A stretch of 64,000 nucleotides of DNA from contig JBQVQL010000013.1 of assembly GCA_052440005.1 (NCBI GenBank), forward strand, positions 1,583-65,582, given 5' to 3'. This document shows, piece by piece, positions 9,280-19,016 of this stretch. Numbering within the stretch: position 1 is the first letter of the stretch; each line of letters begins with the position of its first letter. Position numbers and translations under genes: made by a program. Source of the DNA: Phreatobacter sp. Lineage in GTDB: Bacteria > Pseudomonadota > Alphaproteobacteria > Rhizobiales > Phreatobacteraceae. Below the pieces are notes generated by a model. The model worked only from the letters and a program-made list of their open reading frames with translations, was not told where the DNA came from and did no database searches.

Positions 9280-9519
9280 ATGCCCGGATACCGGTTCTCG
9301 GTCGTTGAAGACGGCCTGGTGACGGACCTCAGCGAGCGGGTGGACCTGGATAGGTCGTCGCATATCGAGCGGGAAGCGACGGAAATGCTGGCGCAGATGA
9401 TGCTCGACTCGGTGCGTCAGGGCGGGGGATCCAGACGTCTCCAGGTGCAGGTCTATGACTGGGGAGACGACAGGATGGTGTTGTCCGCCCGCCTGGAGCT
9501 TTTGGTCGATACGCCCTAG
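9280..9519 (+). CDS. small DUF6894-like protein (79 aa)
   Basis: ATG 9280 preceded by GAAGGAGGG. MPGYRFSVVEDG...EREATEMLAQMMLD... resembles the about 80-aa DUF6894 proteins common in Rhizobiales. Assignment from memory only. Confidence 0.55.
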   Translation: MPGYRFSVVEDGLVTDLSERVDLDRSSHIEREATEMLAQMMLDSVRQGGGSRRLQVQVYDWGDDRMVLSARLELLVDTP

Positions 9520-9713
9520 ACAGGGCGTGCTACGCTCTGTTTCGTGCATTTGATGCTGATTGTCGTGCGCTCACCGCACCGATTTGGACATGGCCTAGAG
9601 CTGCAGACCCTGCGTTGCTTATAGTCGCCACAGCGTTTCACAGACGGCGTGCTGCGCGTGTCGCCACCTCCGCGGAGGTCGCGTCGACCCCACCTGCCCG
9701 ACGGAGACGCGCA

Positions 9714-10394
9714 ATGCCGTCCCAACCTCATCTCAACGAGGTGCTGAAAGACCTCGCACCCGACGAAGCCGACCATGTGTTGAGGCAGACGGAGCGAATC
9801 CACCTGCCGCTGGGGTGCGAGTTGCACGGTCAGGGCAGTCCGATCGATCACATGTATTTCATGGAATCGGGGGTCACCTCGCTCCTCCACGACGTCGACG
9901 GCTCCCTGGCGGAGGTCGGCATGATCGGACGCGAGGGCGCCGTCGGCTATGCCCTTGCCTTCGGTCTGTCCGTGTCCCCCCACCGCGCCCTCGTCCAGAT
10001 CCCCGGATTCGGCCTGCGCCTGCCCGCCGAGAGGTTTCCCGCGCTCATGGCGGAAATCCCGCGCCTCGGCGAGATCGTCCGCGCCAACCTGCTGCATCTG
10101 TTTTTCCAGGTCAGCGAAACCGCCTATGCCAATGCACGGGTCATTGCCCATCGCAGGCTCGCCCGGTGGCTTCTCATGTGCCATGACCGCGCCGACGGGC
10201 CGAACATTCCGCTCACCCACGAATATCTGGCGACCATGCTCGGCACCGGACGGGGGGCCGTGACCCTCGGCATCCAGGCCCTGGAAGGCGAAGGCTTCAT
10301 CAAGGGGACGCGCGGCAACATCCGCATCCTCGATCGCCATGGGCTCCTCGCGCTGGTCGGCGGCATCTACTCTCCGCCGAAGCGCGTGCACTAG
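9714..10394 (+). CDS. Crp/Fnr family transcriptional regulator
   Basis: Start re-picked at ATG 9714. N-terminal cNMP-binding-like beta-roll and C-terminal HTH (THEYLATMLGTGRGAVTLGIQALEGEGFI). Confidence 0.85.
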   Translation: MPSQPHLNEVLKDLAPDEADHVLRQTERIHLPLGCELHGQGSPIDHMYFMESGVTSLLHDVDGSLAEVGMIGREGAVGYALAFGLSVSPHRALVQIPGFGLRLPAERFPALMAEIPRLGEIVRANLLHLFFQVSETAYANARVIAHRRLARWLLMCHDRADGPNIPLTHEYLATMLGTGRGAVTLGIQALEGEGFIKGTRGNIRILDRHGLLALVGGIYSPPKRVH

Positions 10395-10879
10395 CGGCCT
10401 CCGAGGGCCTCCGTGCCTGCACCGTCGTCGCGGGAGACAGGCGACCACGACCGAAGAACGGCCACCGCGATCTCGTGCCGCAGCGCCGGGTCGCCCTCCG
10501 CCCTGAGGCGCGCGCAGGCGCCGGCGAAGGCGTCCCGCATGGCTGCGACCTCGATGGCGGAGAACACCTGACCCGGAGCGGTCGCGAGAGAAGGCGTCCC
10601 GCTTCCGGAGACCGTCAGCGAGCGCCGGCTGCTCACCACTCGACCGCGACGGGGCAGGCCCAGTTCCCGCGCCGACGGCAGCTCGGCGTGTCTGAGGATC
10701 GTCGCCGCAAGTACGAAGGTCTTGCCGTTCAACCTGCAGGCAACGAGGCCGCCACCCTGCAGTCCGGTGACCTCCATCGCGGGTCCACCGGAGAGGGTCC
10801 TGACCTGATCACCGATCTGGAACCCCGGTTCTCTTTCATCCCACAACTGGAGACGAGACTTCATCTGCGGGCGTTGCAT
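10391..10879 (-). CDS. DUF2158 (YodC-like) domain protein with a C-terminal extension
   Basis: N-terminal FQIGDQVRTLSGGPAMEVTG...GKTF matches the DUF2158 small-protein pattern. About 90 further aa are of unknown function. Alternative ATG at 10864. Confidence 0.6.
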   Translation of the reverse strand: MQRPQMKSRLQLWDEREPGFQIGDQVRTLSGGPAMEVTGLQGGGLVACRLNGKTFVLAATILRHAELPSARELGLPRRGRVVSSRRSLTVSGSGTPSLATAPGQVFSAIEVAAMRDAFAGACARLRAEGDPALRHEIAVAVLRSWSPVSRDDGAGTEALGGR

Positions 10880-11131
10880 GGTTCTGGCTCGCTGAATGGA
10901 TTGCCGTCAAATGGTCGCCACTGAAATCTTGCCCGTGGCATTCATGATCCTAAGCGGCTGAAGCCCCCGCACTACGCTCTGTGCGAAATCCGACATTCCG
11001 CGGTGCCTGCGTAAGGGTCGCTCCCGGGAGGGCTGCTCGCCTTGCGGGGTCGCCGTTGTTCCGATTGGAACCTTCAGCTCTCCCGCCGGCTTGACCACCG
11101 GGAAAACACGGTTGCAGGACGAGGCCGGGAC

Positions 11132-12124
11132 ATGACCGACGCGAAGACAGCCCTGACCAGGACAGGCCTCGTGGTCGTCATCACCGGTGCATCGAGCGGC
11201 ATCGGCGAAGCCACCGCCCTCGCCTTTGCACGCGACGGCGCCAGCATCGTCCTGGCGGCGCGCGACGCCAGGGCGCTCGAGACCGTCGCGGCGAACTGCC
11301 GCCAGGCCGGCGGGCGGGCGCTCGTGGTGGCGACCGACGTCGGCGATGCAAGTGCCGTCCGTCATCTGGCGAAGGAGGCGGTCGCCTTCGGCGGACGGAT
11401 CGACGTCTGGGTGAGCAATGTCGGCACCGGCGCCGTCGGGGCGTTCCACGAAACGCCCATCGAGGCTCACGAGCAGGTCATCCGGTCCAATCTCATCGGC
11501 CACATGAACGATGCCCATGCGGCGCTGCCGGTCTTCATCGCCCAGGGCGAGGGTGTCTTCATCAACATGATCTCGCTCGGCGGCTTCGCCCCGGCGCCCT
11601 TTGCCGCCGCCTACAGCGCCAGCAAGTTTGGCCTGCGTGGCTTTGCCGAAGCCCTGCGCGGCGAACTCATCGACCATCCCCGGATCCACGTCTGCGACAT
11701 CTATCCGGCTTTCGTCGATACGCCGGGCATCGCCCACGGGGCCAACTATACCGGCCGGCAGTTGTCCGCTCCCCCGCCCCTGCTCGACGCCCGGACGGTC
11801 GCCGCAGCCATCGTCCGCCTCGCCCGCAACCCCCGGCCCACCACCATGGTCGGCGCCGTGACCGGGCTCGTGCGCCTGGGACACTTCCTGTCGCCGCAGC
11901 TGAGCGGCCGGCTGATGTCGCGGTTCCTCACCGCCTATTTCCGCAGAGCCCCGGCTGCCCGCCAGACGAGCGGCAATCTGTTCCGGCCACCGGCCATTCC
12001 CGGCGGCATCGACGGCGGCCTGCGTTCGCCGGAACATCGGCAGACGGCGGTCACCGTGGCGGCGGTTCTCGGCGGTGTATTCCTCGTCGCCATGGCCGCC
12101 GGTGCCGCGCGGGCCCGCCGATGA
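11132..12124 (+). CDS. SDR family oxidoreductase with a hydrophobic C-terminal tail
   Basis: Start re-picked at ATG 11132. TGASSGIG cofactor motif, catalytic YSASK. Terminal segment AVTVAAVLGGVFLVAMAAGAA suggests a membrane anchor. Confidence 0.9.
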   Translation: MTDAKTALTRTGLVVVITGASSGIGEATALAFARDGASIVLAARDARALETVAANCRQAGGRALVVATDVGDASAVRHLAKEAVAFGGRIDVWVSNVGTGAVGAFHETPIEAHEQVIRSNLIGHMNDAHAALPVFIAQGEGVFINMISLGGFAPAPFAAAYSASKFGLRGFAEALRGELIDHPRIHVCDIYPAFVDTPGIAHGANYTGRQLSAPPPLLDARTVAAAIVRLARNPRPTTMVGAVTGLVRLGHFLSPQLSGRLMSRFLTAYFRRAPAARQTSGNLFRPPAIPGGIDGGLRSPEHRQTAVTVAAVLGGVFLVAMAAGAARARR

Positions 12125-12858
12125 ACAGGACGGACGTCACCTATCCTCCGCTCGACGTGCCGAAGGGCGTTGCGGAGAATGTGTGGATCGTCGACAGCGG
12201 CCCGCTCAAGGCGATGGGCCTGGTGCCTTTGCCGGTCCGGATGACCGTCGTGCGTTTGCCTGACGGCGGCCTGCTGCTTCACTCGCCGACGCGGTACACA
12301 CCCGACCTGCACCGGCGCCTCGCAGAGATCGGGCCCATCCGCCATATCGTCGCGCCGAACAGCGCCCACTGGATGTATCTCGCCGCCTGGCAGGAGCACG
12401 CGCCGCGGGCCACGACCTGGGCGGCGCCGGGCCTGCGCGACCGCGCCCAGGTGAAGCGGTCGGGCGTGCGGCTGGACCAGGATCTGATGGAGAGCGCCGC
12501 AGACTGGCCGGACGACCTGTCCCAGGTCCACGTCCCCGGCCTCGGCGGCTTTCGCGAGGTCGCCCTGTTTCACCAAGACAGCAGGACGCTGATCCTCACA
12601 GACCTGGTCCAGAACCTGGAGCCTGAAAAGATGCCCCTCCTGGTCCGGCCTCTCGCCGCGGTCGCCGGGATTACGGCTCCCGACGGTCGGGCCCCAGTCT
12701 ATCTGCGCGCCATCGTCAGGGCGGCCGGCGGGCCGGCGAGAGATGCGGGGCGCCGCCTGGTGGCCTTGAATGCCGACCGGGTCATCTTCGCCCATGGCCT
12801 CTGGTTCGACATGGACGCCGCCGCGCGGCTGGCCCATTCGCTGCGGTGGCTCGCATGA
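12121..12858 (+). CDS. DUF4336 domain protein (metallo-beta-lactamase-fold-like)
   Basis: ATG 12121 overlaps the SDR stop (ATGA). VWIVDSGPL...PVRMTVVRLPDGGLLLHSP...IRHIVAPNSAHW matches the DUF4336 pattern as I recall it. Confidence 0.75.
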   Translation: MNRTDVTYPPLDVPKGVAENVWIVDSGPLKAMGLVPLPVRMTVVRLPDGGLLLHSPTRYTPDLHRRLAEIGPIRHIVAPNSAHWMYLAAWQEHAPRATTWAAPGLRDRAQVKRSGVRLDQDLMESAADWPDDLSQVHVPGLGGFREVALFHQDSRTLILTDLVQNLEPEKMPLLVRPLAAVAGITAPDGRAPVYLRAIVRAAGGPARDAGRRLVALNADRVIFAHGLWFDMDAAARLAHSLRWLA

Positions 12859-14168
12859 CGATGGTGCACCCCGCCGGGCCGGGCACTGCCCTGCCGACAA
12901 TGTCCATCGCCCATTCGCTGGGATTCTGGCTGCGGGTGGCACTGCCGACCTGGGGAAAGGGCGTCATCATTCGGAGGCGGCGCGTGGTGGCGCTCGCCGA
13001 ACGGCTGGACCTCGACGCCCGGGCCGTACGGTACATGGAGCGGCTGCACCGTGCCTATGGGGGCCGCAGCGCGCTCGTCCGCAATCCGATCCGCACGCAG
13101 GCGCTCGTGCTCGACCCGGCTGATGTCGCGGCGGTGCTCCACGGGACGCCCGCACCGTTCACGTCCGCATCCGACGAGAAGCGGGCGGCGCTCGGCCATT
13201 TCGAGCCGGACACGTCACTCGTCACGCGGGGCGCCGAACGCGCGCCGCGTCGGCGGCTCAGCGAAAGGGCGCTGGAAACACCGGCTCCCGTGCACAGCCA
13301 AGCCGATCGTTTCCGCATGGTGATCGCCGAGGAGGTGCAGGTGCTGCTCGCGAGCAGCCGCGCTTCGGGCGAACTCGCATGGCCCGCGTTCGCCGAGGCT
13401 TGGTCACGGATCGTCAGGCGCATCGTGCTCGGTGACCTCGCGCGGGACGACCAAGCCGTCTCAGACCTGATGGAGCGCCTGCGGCGGCGGGCGAACTGGG
13501 CCTTCGCGCGACCGAGGGATCGGAGTGCCCGCGACGATCTCCATGCGCGGCTTCGAGCCTATGTCGAACGCGGCCAACCCGGCAGCCTCGTGGCCCGCCT
13601 TACGGGAATGCCGGAAGCCAGCGCCGCGACCCATCAGGTCACACAATGGCTCTTCGCCTTCGATCCCGCGGGCATGACCGCGTTTCGGGCCCTCGCGCTG
13701 ATCGTCGCAGACGCCGAGGCTTTGGCCCTCGTGAACGCTGGCAGCGAGCCGGCTTTCCTGAGAGCCTGTATCCTGGAGACGCTGCGCCTGTTCCCGACGA
13801 CCCCCGCCATCCTCCGCCAGACGACTGAGGCGACCACCCTTGGCACGGGCGGTCTGCCTGAAGGCGCGGGCGTCCTGATCTATGCGCCCTTCTTCCACCG
13901 CGCCAGCTGGGTGCCGGACGCTGACCGCTTTCGCCCCCGATCCTGGATCGGTCGGGACGCCGAGGACGCGCTGCCGCTCGTGCCGTTCAGCGCCGGACGG
14001 GCGTCCTGCCCCGCCAAAAACCTCGTTCCATTTCTGGCGGCCGAGGCGCTACGAGAGCTGATCACGTGCTCTCGCCTCTCGGTCCTCCATCCGGCTTGGC
14101 TGAACGGGCCTCCTCCCCTGCGCGGAACACTCGACAACTACGCCATCCGGCTCCGCCTGGATGCGTAG
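12855..14168 (+). CDS. cytochrome P450
   Basis: ATG 12855 overlaps the upstream stop (ATGA). K-helix ExxR (ETLRL), Cys-ligand loop PFSAGRASCPAKN near the C-terminus. Confidence 0.8.
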   Translation: MTMVHPAGPGTALPTMSIAHSLGFWLRVALPTWGKGVIIRRRRVVALAERLDLDARAVRYMERLHRAYGGRSALVRNPIRTQALVLDPADVAAVLHGTPAPFTSASDEKRAALGHFEPDTSLVTRGAERAPRRRLSERALETPAPVHSQADRFRMVIAEEVQVLLASSRASGELAWPAFAEAWSRIVRRIVLGDLARDDQAVSDLMERLRRRANWAFARPRDRSARDDLHARLRAYVERGQPGSLVARLTGMPEASAATHQVTQWLFAFDPAGMTAFRALALIVADAEALALVNAGSEPAFLRACILETLRLFPTTPAILRQTTEATTLGTGGLPEGAGVLIYAPFFHRASWVPDADRFRPRSWIGRDAEDALPLVPFSAGRASCPAKNLVPFLAAEALRELITCSRLSVLHPAWLNGPPPLRGTLDNYAIRLRLDA

Positions 14169-14196
14169 CCGCGCTGAACTGCGGGACAGAGGTACT

Positions 14197-14225
14197 CAGC
14201 CGCAGCTCGCCCCTGCGGCTGTTGG
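14197..14225 (+). terminator. stem-loop downstream of the P450 gene
   Basis: CAGCCGCAG-ctcgccc-CTGCGGCTG (9-bp perfect stem) followed by TTGG, about 30 nt after the stop. The T-tract is short. Confidence 0.5.
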
Positions 14226-14531
14226 CGAGACGGAAACCGCCAGCCAGGCGCACGATCACCGGGGTGACACGAGCCCTACCGCTTGACGGCTGGTTGCGAA
14301 GGGCGGAGCGGCCTCGAGCATAGGGTCGAAGGCAGGACACGCACGCTTCAAGTAATGCGCAGAAAATGACCCCGTTCCGCCGGCGCTATCCAGTCATCGG
14401 CCGTCCGCTTGAGCGCCCGGCGGTGTGTCCGGCTTGCGGGTGCGGTACAGACTGGCAAGTCAGCCCACGAGAAATCATAGCCTATTGCATCTGCCACCCA
14501 CCGGCACGTGTTTCCCACATGGGAGTACGAT

Positions 14532-14801
14532 ATGCCGAAACGAACACTGCTGATGCGATCGGTCAGCCTCTATCCAGGAACCGAAGACGAGCGGGTCATC
14601 GTCACGCTGGCCGAGGCCATCCGCTATCTGGACGCCTGCGGCGGCGGCGATCCGCGCTGGCTGCGGACGCGGCGGATTTTGGAAGAGGCGAAGGCCTCCG
14701 GCTCCTTGCGCCACATCCGCCAGGCGACGCGCGCCTTCGAGGAGGCAGCCCGCATCCTGGCTCCCGGCTTCGTGGCGCGTCGGCTCCGCTCGGTCAGATG
14801 A
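14532..14801 (+). CDS. hypothetical helical protein (89 aa)
   Basis: ATG 14532 preceded by GGGAG. High GC3. No family recognised. Convergent with the next gene, overlapping it by 8 nt. Confidence 0.5.
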   Translation: MPKRTLLMRSVSLYPGTEDERVIVTLAEAIRYLDACGGGDPRWLRTRRILEEAKASGSLRHIRQATRAFEEAARILAPGFVARRLRSVR

Positions 14802-15894
14802 GGCCGTGGAACAGGCCGGCATTGCCGCCGGTCGTGCCGCCGTCGATCTCCGGGCTGTCCAGATAGGACAGGCCGGCGAAGCTGATGGCGAGGGCACCGC
14901 CACCGTCCAGCCCCCCGAGGTCGAGGATGCCCGCCTCCACCTCCGCCGCGATCTCCACCCCCATGTCAGCCGTCACGCCGGGCAACGTCACCGACAGATG
15001 CGGCGCGGTGTTTGCCTCGGCGCCGAGGGCGATGCTCAGCGGCGAGAGCGGCACGTCGAGGCTCTCGGCCCCGAGCAGGGTCGCCGGAATGGCGGCGACC
15101 GTTTCTGCCAGTGCTGCTACCTCGGCCACCGGGCCCATGAGGGCGGGGGCGAGTTCGGCGGCGGTCGGCAGGCCCGCGAGTTGGGTGTCCAGTGCCGCGG
15201 CAAGGTCGGCCACGGCTTTGGTCGGCGCCTCCAGCGCGGACCCGGGTTCGGTGGTGATCGCGGGCATGGCAATCAGGGAACTGAGCTCGGCTGTGACCGC
15301 GTCCGTCAGCGCCGTAAGATCCTGAGTCAGATCGCCGGCGACTTGGTCCACGAGCGGCGACAGGCCGGCAGGCACCGCCGCGAGGTCCACTGCAGGCGCT
15401 ATCGCGGCCGGTTCCACCTGTTCGGCCACCGATGAGGTCGGCGCTGCCGGCGTGGCGGTCACGTCTGGGCGAGCCGCGGTGCTTTCCACGAACGTCGACG
15501 GGGCGGCCTCCGGACGCGGCGCCGCCTGAGCACCGGTCGCGCCCGGCCCCGCCTGCGACGGCGCGGCCGACGTCAGGGTCGGCGCGGGCTCCCCCTGCGT
15601 GGGCGCCGCTTCCATGTGCGGTGCGTTGGCGGGTCCCACTTCGGGAGCACCAGGCGCAGGAAACGGTAGCCTTGCAGGCTGTGCGTCGCCAGCGCCGCCG
15701 TCTGCGGCACGGGCGGTTCCGACCGGGCCGGCGGGCGGTCCCTCGGCACCCTGAGGGGCGAGGCTGTGCTCGACCGCACCTGCCACCGCGCCCGCCAGCA
15801 TGGCGCCGGAGAGCAGGCCGCCGGCCATGCCGTCGAAGGCGGGCGCAGAGCGGTTCGGCTGTGCGTCGTCATGGGTCTTGCTGCGCTTGGCCAT
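14794..15894 (-). CDS. Ala/Pro-rich low-complexity protein linked to the T1SS (366 aa)
   Basis: ATG 15894 lies 7 nt after the hlyD stop, with GAGAGG inside the hlyD 3' end. Basic N-terminus, Gly-zipper hydrophobic segment GMAGGLLSGAMLAGAVAGAV, Pro/Ala-rich spacer, Ala/Leu/Thr-rich region, C-terminus ...EIDGGTTGGNAGLFHGLI. Confidence 0.7.
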   Translation of the reverse strand: MAKRSKTHDDAQPNRSAPAFDGMAGGLLSGAMLAGAVAGAVEHSLAPQGAEGPPAGPVGTARAADGGAGDAQPARLPFPAPGAPEVGPANAPHMEAAPTQGEPAPTLTSAAPSQAGPGATGAQAAPRPEAAPSTFVESTAARPDVTATPAAPTSSVAEQVEPAAIAPAVDLAAVPAGLSPLVDQVAGDLTQDLTALTDAVTAELSSLIAMPAITTEPGSALEAPTKAVADLAAALDTQLAGLPTAAELAPALMGPVAEVAALAETVAAIPATLLGAESLDVPLSPLSIALGAEANTAPHLSVTLPGVTADMGVEIAAEVEAGILDLGGLDGGGALAISFAGLSYLDSPEIDGGTTGGNAGLFHGLI

Positions 15895-15901
15895 GCAATG
15901 C

Positions 15902-17233
15902 TCACCTCTCCCGAAAGGAACCCGCGATCTCATCGGCCAGAGGGCCGATGAGGTAGTCGACCAGCGACCGCGGACGGGTCGTCACCACGATCTCGGCGGC
16001 CATGCCGGATTTCAGTTCCATGCGCGCGTTGCGCACGTCCTCGGCATTCATTCTCACCCGCATCGGGTAGTAGGCCGTGCCCGAGCGTTCATCGACCGCC
16101 CTGTCCGCCGAGACCAGCACCACCTCGCCGCGGATATGAGGGCGTTCGGAGCGGTTGACGCTGACGAGGCGGACATCGGCAGTCTGGCCCCTATTCACCT
16201 CGCTGACGTCGCCGATGGGCAGGCGCGCATCGACCATCAGCGGATTGTCGGCCGGCACGATGTCGAGGAGCGTCGCTCCCGCCTGCACCACCCCGCCTTC
16301 AGTGAACACCGTGGCGCTGACCACGGTTCCGGTCGCCGGCGCGGTGATCTTGGTGCGTGTCAGCGCGTCGCGCGCAACCAGGATTTTCGGCGCGATTTCG
16401 GCGAGCTTTGCCTGTGTCTGCCGCAGTTGCTCGGTCACTTCGGCGATCATCGAGCGGTCCAGTCGGGCGATTTCCAGTTCGGTTTCGCCCACCGCCTCCT
16501 GCGCACGTGTGAGCTCCGCCTGGCGGGCTCCGATCTCCGCATCGATGCGGGCGAGGTCTCGCTCGAGCCCGAGCACGCGTGTGCGCGGTGTATAGCCTGA
16601 GGCGAGCAGTGCGCGCGCCCCCGTGGTCTCCTCATCCACGAGCGCGCGTTGGCGCGTGAGGCCCTCGATCTGCGCCCGTAAGCCGCGACGCAGTTCGCCC
16701 ACTTGCGCCGCCTTCTGCCGGAAGATGTCGGCGGCCGTGTTGTGCTGCCTGCGGCGCGCCGCGAGGATCGCCATCTCGTTGGCGATGGCCTGGGCGACCC
16801 GATCCTCCCCGCGCCGCCCATCCAGCGTCGCGAACGCCGGTGTTTCCGCGCCGTCGCGCTCGGCAACAAGCCGCGATTCCTGCGCCATCAAGCTGTCGCG
16901 CTCGGCCAGCAGGACGTCCAGGCGCGCCCGCGGCTCCGCATCCGACAGGGTGATCAGCACCTGCCCCTTGGCGACCACGTCGCCGTCGGCGACCGCGAGG
17001 TTCGTAATGACCCCGCCATAGGGATGCTGCACCGTCTGGCGGCGTCCCTCCACCTGAAGCGTACCCGGCGCGATGGCCGCGCCCGACAGCGGAGCAAGAG
17101 AGGCCCAGAGCGCGAGGATCGCGACGAAGGCGCCGATTGCTGCGAAGCCGGCGATCGCCGGACCCCGGCTGTCGAGATAGATGCCGCGGCGTGTGGCGGT
17201 GAGCGGCAGGGCGTGGCGGTGGGCTGCGCCCAT
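15902..17233 (-). CDS. HlyD-family type I secretion membrane fusion protein
   Basis: 443 aa. N-terminal TM segment (IAGFAAIGAFVAILALWASLA), long coiled-coil region, C-terminal beta-barrel-like part. Directly downstream of the ABC gene. Confidence 0.9.
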   Translation of the reverse strand: MGAAHRHALPLTATRRGIYLDSRGPAIAGFAAIGAFVAILALWASLAPLSGAAIAPGTLQVEGRRQTVQHPYGGVITNLAVADGDVVAKGQVLITLSDAEPRARLDVLLAERDSLMAQESRLVAERDGAETPAFATLDGRRGEDRVAQAIANEMAILAARRRQHNTAADIFRQKAAQVGELRRGLRAQIEGLTRQRALVDEETTGARALLASGYTPRTRVLGLERDLARIDAEIGARQAELTRAQEAVGETELEIARLDRSMIAEVTEQLRQTQAKLAEIAPKILVARDALTRTKITAPATGTVVSATVFTEGGVVQAGATLLDIVPADNPLMVDARLPIGDVSEVNRGQTADVRLVSVNRSERPHIRGEVVLVSADRAVDERSGTAYYPMRVRMNAEDVRNARMELKSGMAAEIVVTTRPRSLVDYLIGPLADEIAGSFRER

Positions 17234-17243
17234 ACTCTCCTCC

Positions 17244-18971
17244 TCAGGTCACGGTGGCTGCGGCCGGCGTCGCCGCCATGGTGGCGCGGATGTGGTCATA
17301 GACCTCCTCGGGCGGCGCCAGTTTCTCCACGCGGCCGGCGCGAACGAACATCAGGGCGTCGACCACCTCGAGAACCGTATTGCGATGGGTGACCACGACG
17401 ATGGTGGTACCACCCGCCTTGAGCGCCAGCAGCGCGCGCTTCAGCGCCTCCTCGCCGGCGCTGTCGAGATTGGCGTTGGGTTCATCGAGCACGATGAGCG
17501 AGGGACGACCGAGCAGCGCCCGCGCCAGTCCGAGCCGCTGTTTCTGACCCCCGGAAAGCCCGACGCCGCCCGGCCCCAGCATCGTGTCGTACTGGTTGGG
17601 GAGGTCGAGGATCATGTCGTGGATTCCGGTCATCATCGCCGCCTCGACGACGTCCTCGGTGGAGGCGTCGCCGAACCGGGCGATGTTGTCGCGCACGCTG
17701 CCGGCGAACAGTCCGGTGTCCTGCGGCAGGTAGCCGATGCGGCTGCCGAGGGCGTCGCGGTCCCACTTGTCGTAGCCCAGCCCCCCGAGCTTCAGCGTGC
17801 CCTGCTGCGGCTGGACTGCGCCGACCAGAAGGCGGGCGAGTGTGCTCTTGCCGGAGCCGCTGGGCCCGACGAGACCGATCGCTTGGCCCGAGCCGATGGC
17901 GAAGGAGATGTCGCGCAGGATGGGTTCCGGCCGGCCCGCGACCGAAAAACTCACGTCCTGGGAACTGAGGCTGTTGTCGGCCGGCGGGACGATGGTCTGC
18001 ACGGCGCGGGCGGGAACCTCCTGCAACAGCGCACGGACCCGGCGATAGCCCTCTCTGGCCTCGTTGAACTGCCGCCAGGTGCCGACCGCCTGCTCGACCG
18101 GCACCAGCGCCCGTCCCATGACGATGCTTGCGGCGAAGATGGTCGCCGGCTGGATTACCTGCCGGATCGCCAGCCAGGCCCCGACGCCGAGCATCAGTGC
18201 CTGGAGCAGCAGCCGGGCGAAGCGGATCGCCGAGGAAACGAGCGCATTGCGGTCGCTCGCCAGTGCCTGTTCCGACAACATGCCATCGCGGCTGCCTGAC
18301 CAGTTGCGCTCCACCGAGGGCTGCATGCCCATGGCCACCACCACATCAGAGTGGCGGAGGATGTTCTCTGTGAAGACATAGGAGCGATTGGCCGCCTGCT
18401 CCGACGTGCGGAGGGCGCGGCGCGTGATCTTCTCGTTCAGCAGCGCGAGCCCGAACAGCAGTAGGGCGCCGATTGTGGCCACGGCGCCGAGGACCGGATG
18501 GATGAACCAGAGGAGCAGGAGATAAATCGGGATCCACGGCAGGTCGAAGGCGAAATGCACACCTGGGCCGGTGATGAAGGTGCGGAACTGGTCGAGGTCG
18601 CGCAGCGGCTGCGCGCCACGGGAATAGCCATTACGGGCGGAGCGCACGACCTGCGCCTCGAAAACCCGGCTGGACAGGTCCGCGTCGAGTTTGACGCCCG
18701 AGCGGATGAGGACCTGCGAGCGCAGGGCGTCGACAATGCCCATGGTAGCCAGCGCCAGGGTGAGGATCAGCGTCAGCATGACAAGGGTCGTCACGTTCTC
18801 ACTGACGAGCACGCGGTTGTAGACCTGCATCAGGTAGAGCGGCGAGGCGAGATACAGGAGGTTGATGGCGCTGCTGAAGACCGCCGCCACAGCGAATGGC
18901 CGCCAGAGCCTTTTCAGCGAGGCCTTCACTTCGTCAGGTTCTGTCATAGCGGGCCGGACCGTGCCGATCAC
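17244..18971 (-). CDS. type I secretion system permease/ATPase (PrtD-type, no C39 peptidase domain)
   Basis: 575 aa. N-terminal 6-TM domain, Walker A GPSGSGKST, signature LSGGQKQR, Walker B IVLDEPNANLD. Possible alternative ATG at 18947. Confidence 0.9.
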   Translation of the reverse strand: MIGTVRPAMTEPDEVKASLKRLWRPFAVAAVFSSAINLLYLASPLYLMQVYNRVLVSENVTTLVMLTLILTLALATMGIVDALRSQVLIRSGVKLDADLSSRVFEAQVVRSARNGYSRGAQPLRDLDQFRTFITGPGVHFAFDLPWIPIYLLLLWFIHPVLGAVATIGALLLFGLALLNEKITRRALRTSEQAANRSYVFTENILRHSDVVVAMGMQPSVERNWSGSRDGMLSEQALASDRNALVSSAIRFARLLLQALMLGVGAWLAIRQVIQPATIFAASIVMGRALVPVEQAVGTWRQFNEAREGYRRVRALLQEVPARAVQTIVPPADNSLSSQDVSFSVAGRPEPILRDISFAIGSGQAIGLVGPSGSGKSTLARLLVGAVQPQQGTLKLGGLGYDKWDRDALGSRIGYLPQDTGLFAGSVRDNIARFGDASTEDVVEAAMMTGIHDMILDLPNQYDTMLGPGGVGLSGGQKQRLGLARALLGRPSLIVLDEPNANLDSAGEEALKRALLALKAGGTTIVVVTHRNTVLEVVDALMFVRAGRVEKLAPPEEVYDHIRATMAATPAAATVT

Positions 18972-19016
18972 GATGGCGGGGGCGGAGCCTTGGCTCCGCC
19001 CCCTGGGGGAACGACC

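Noticed and set aside
9550-9563. Possible FNR/CRP box TTGAT-gctg-ATTGT upstream of the Crp/Fnr gene
   Set aside because: Only one half-site matches TTGAT-N4-ATCAA, which is too weak to call.
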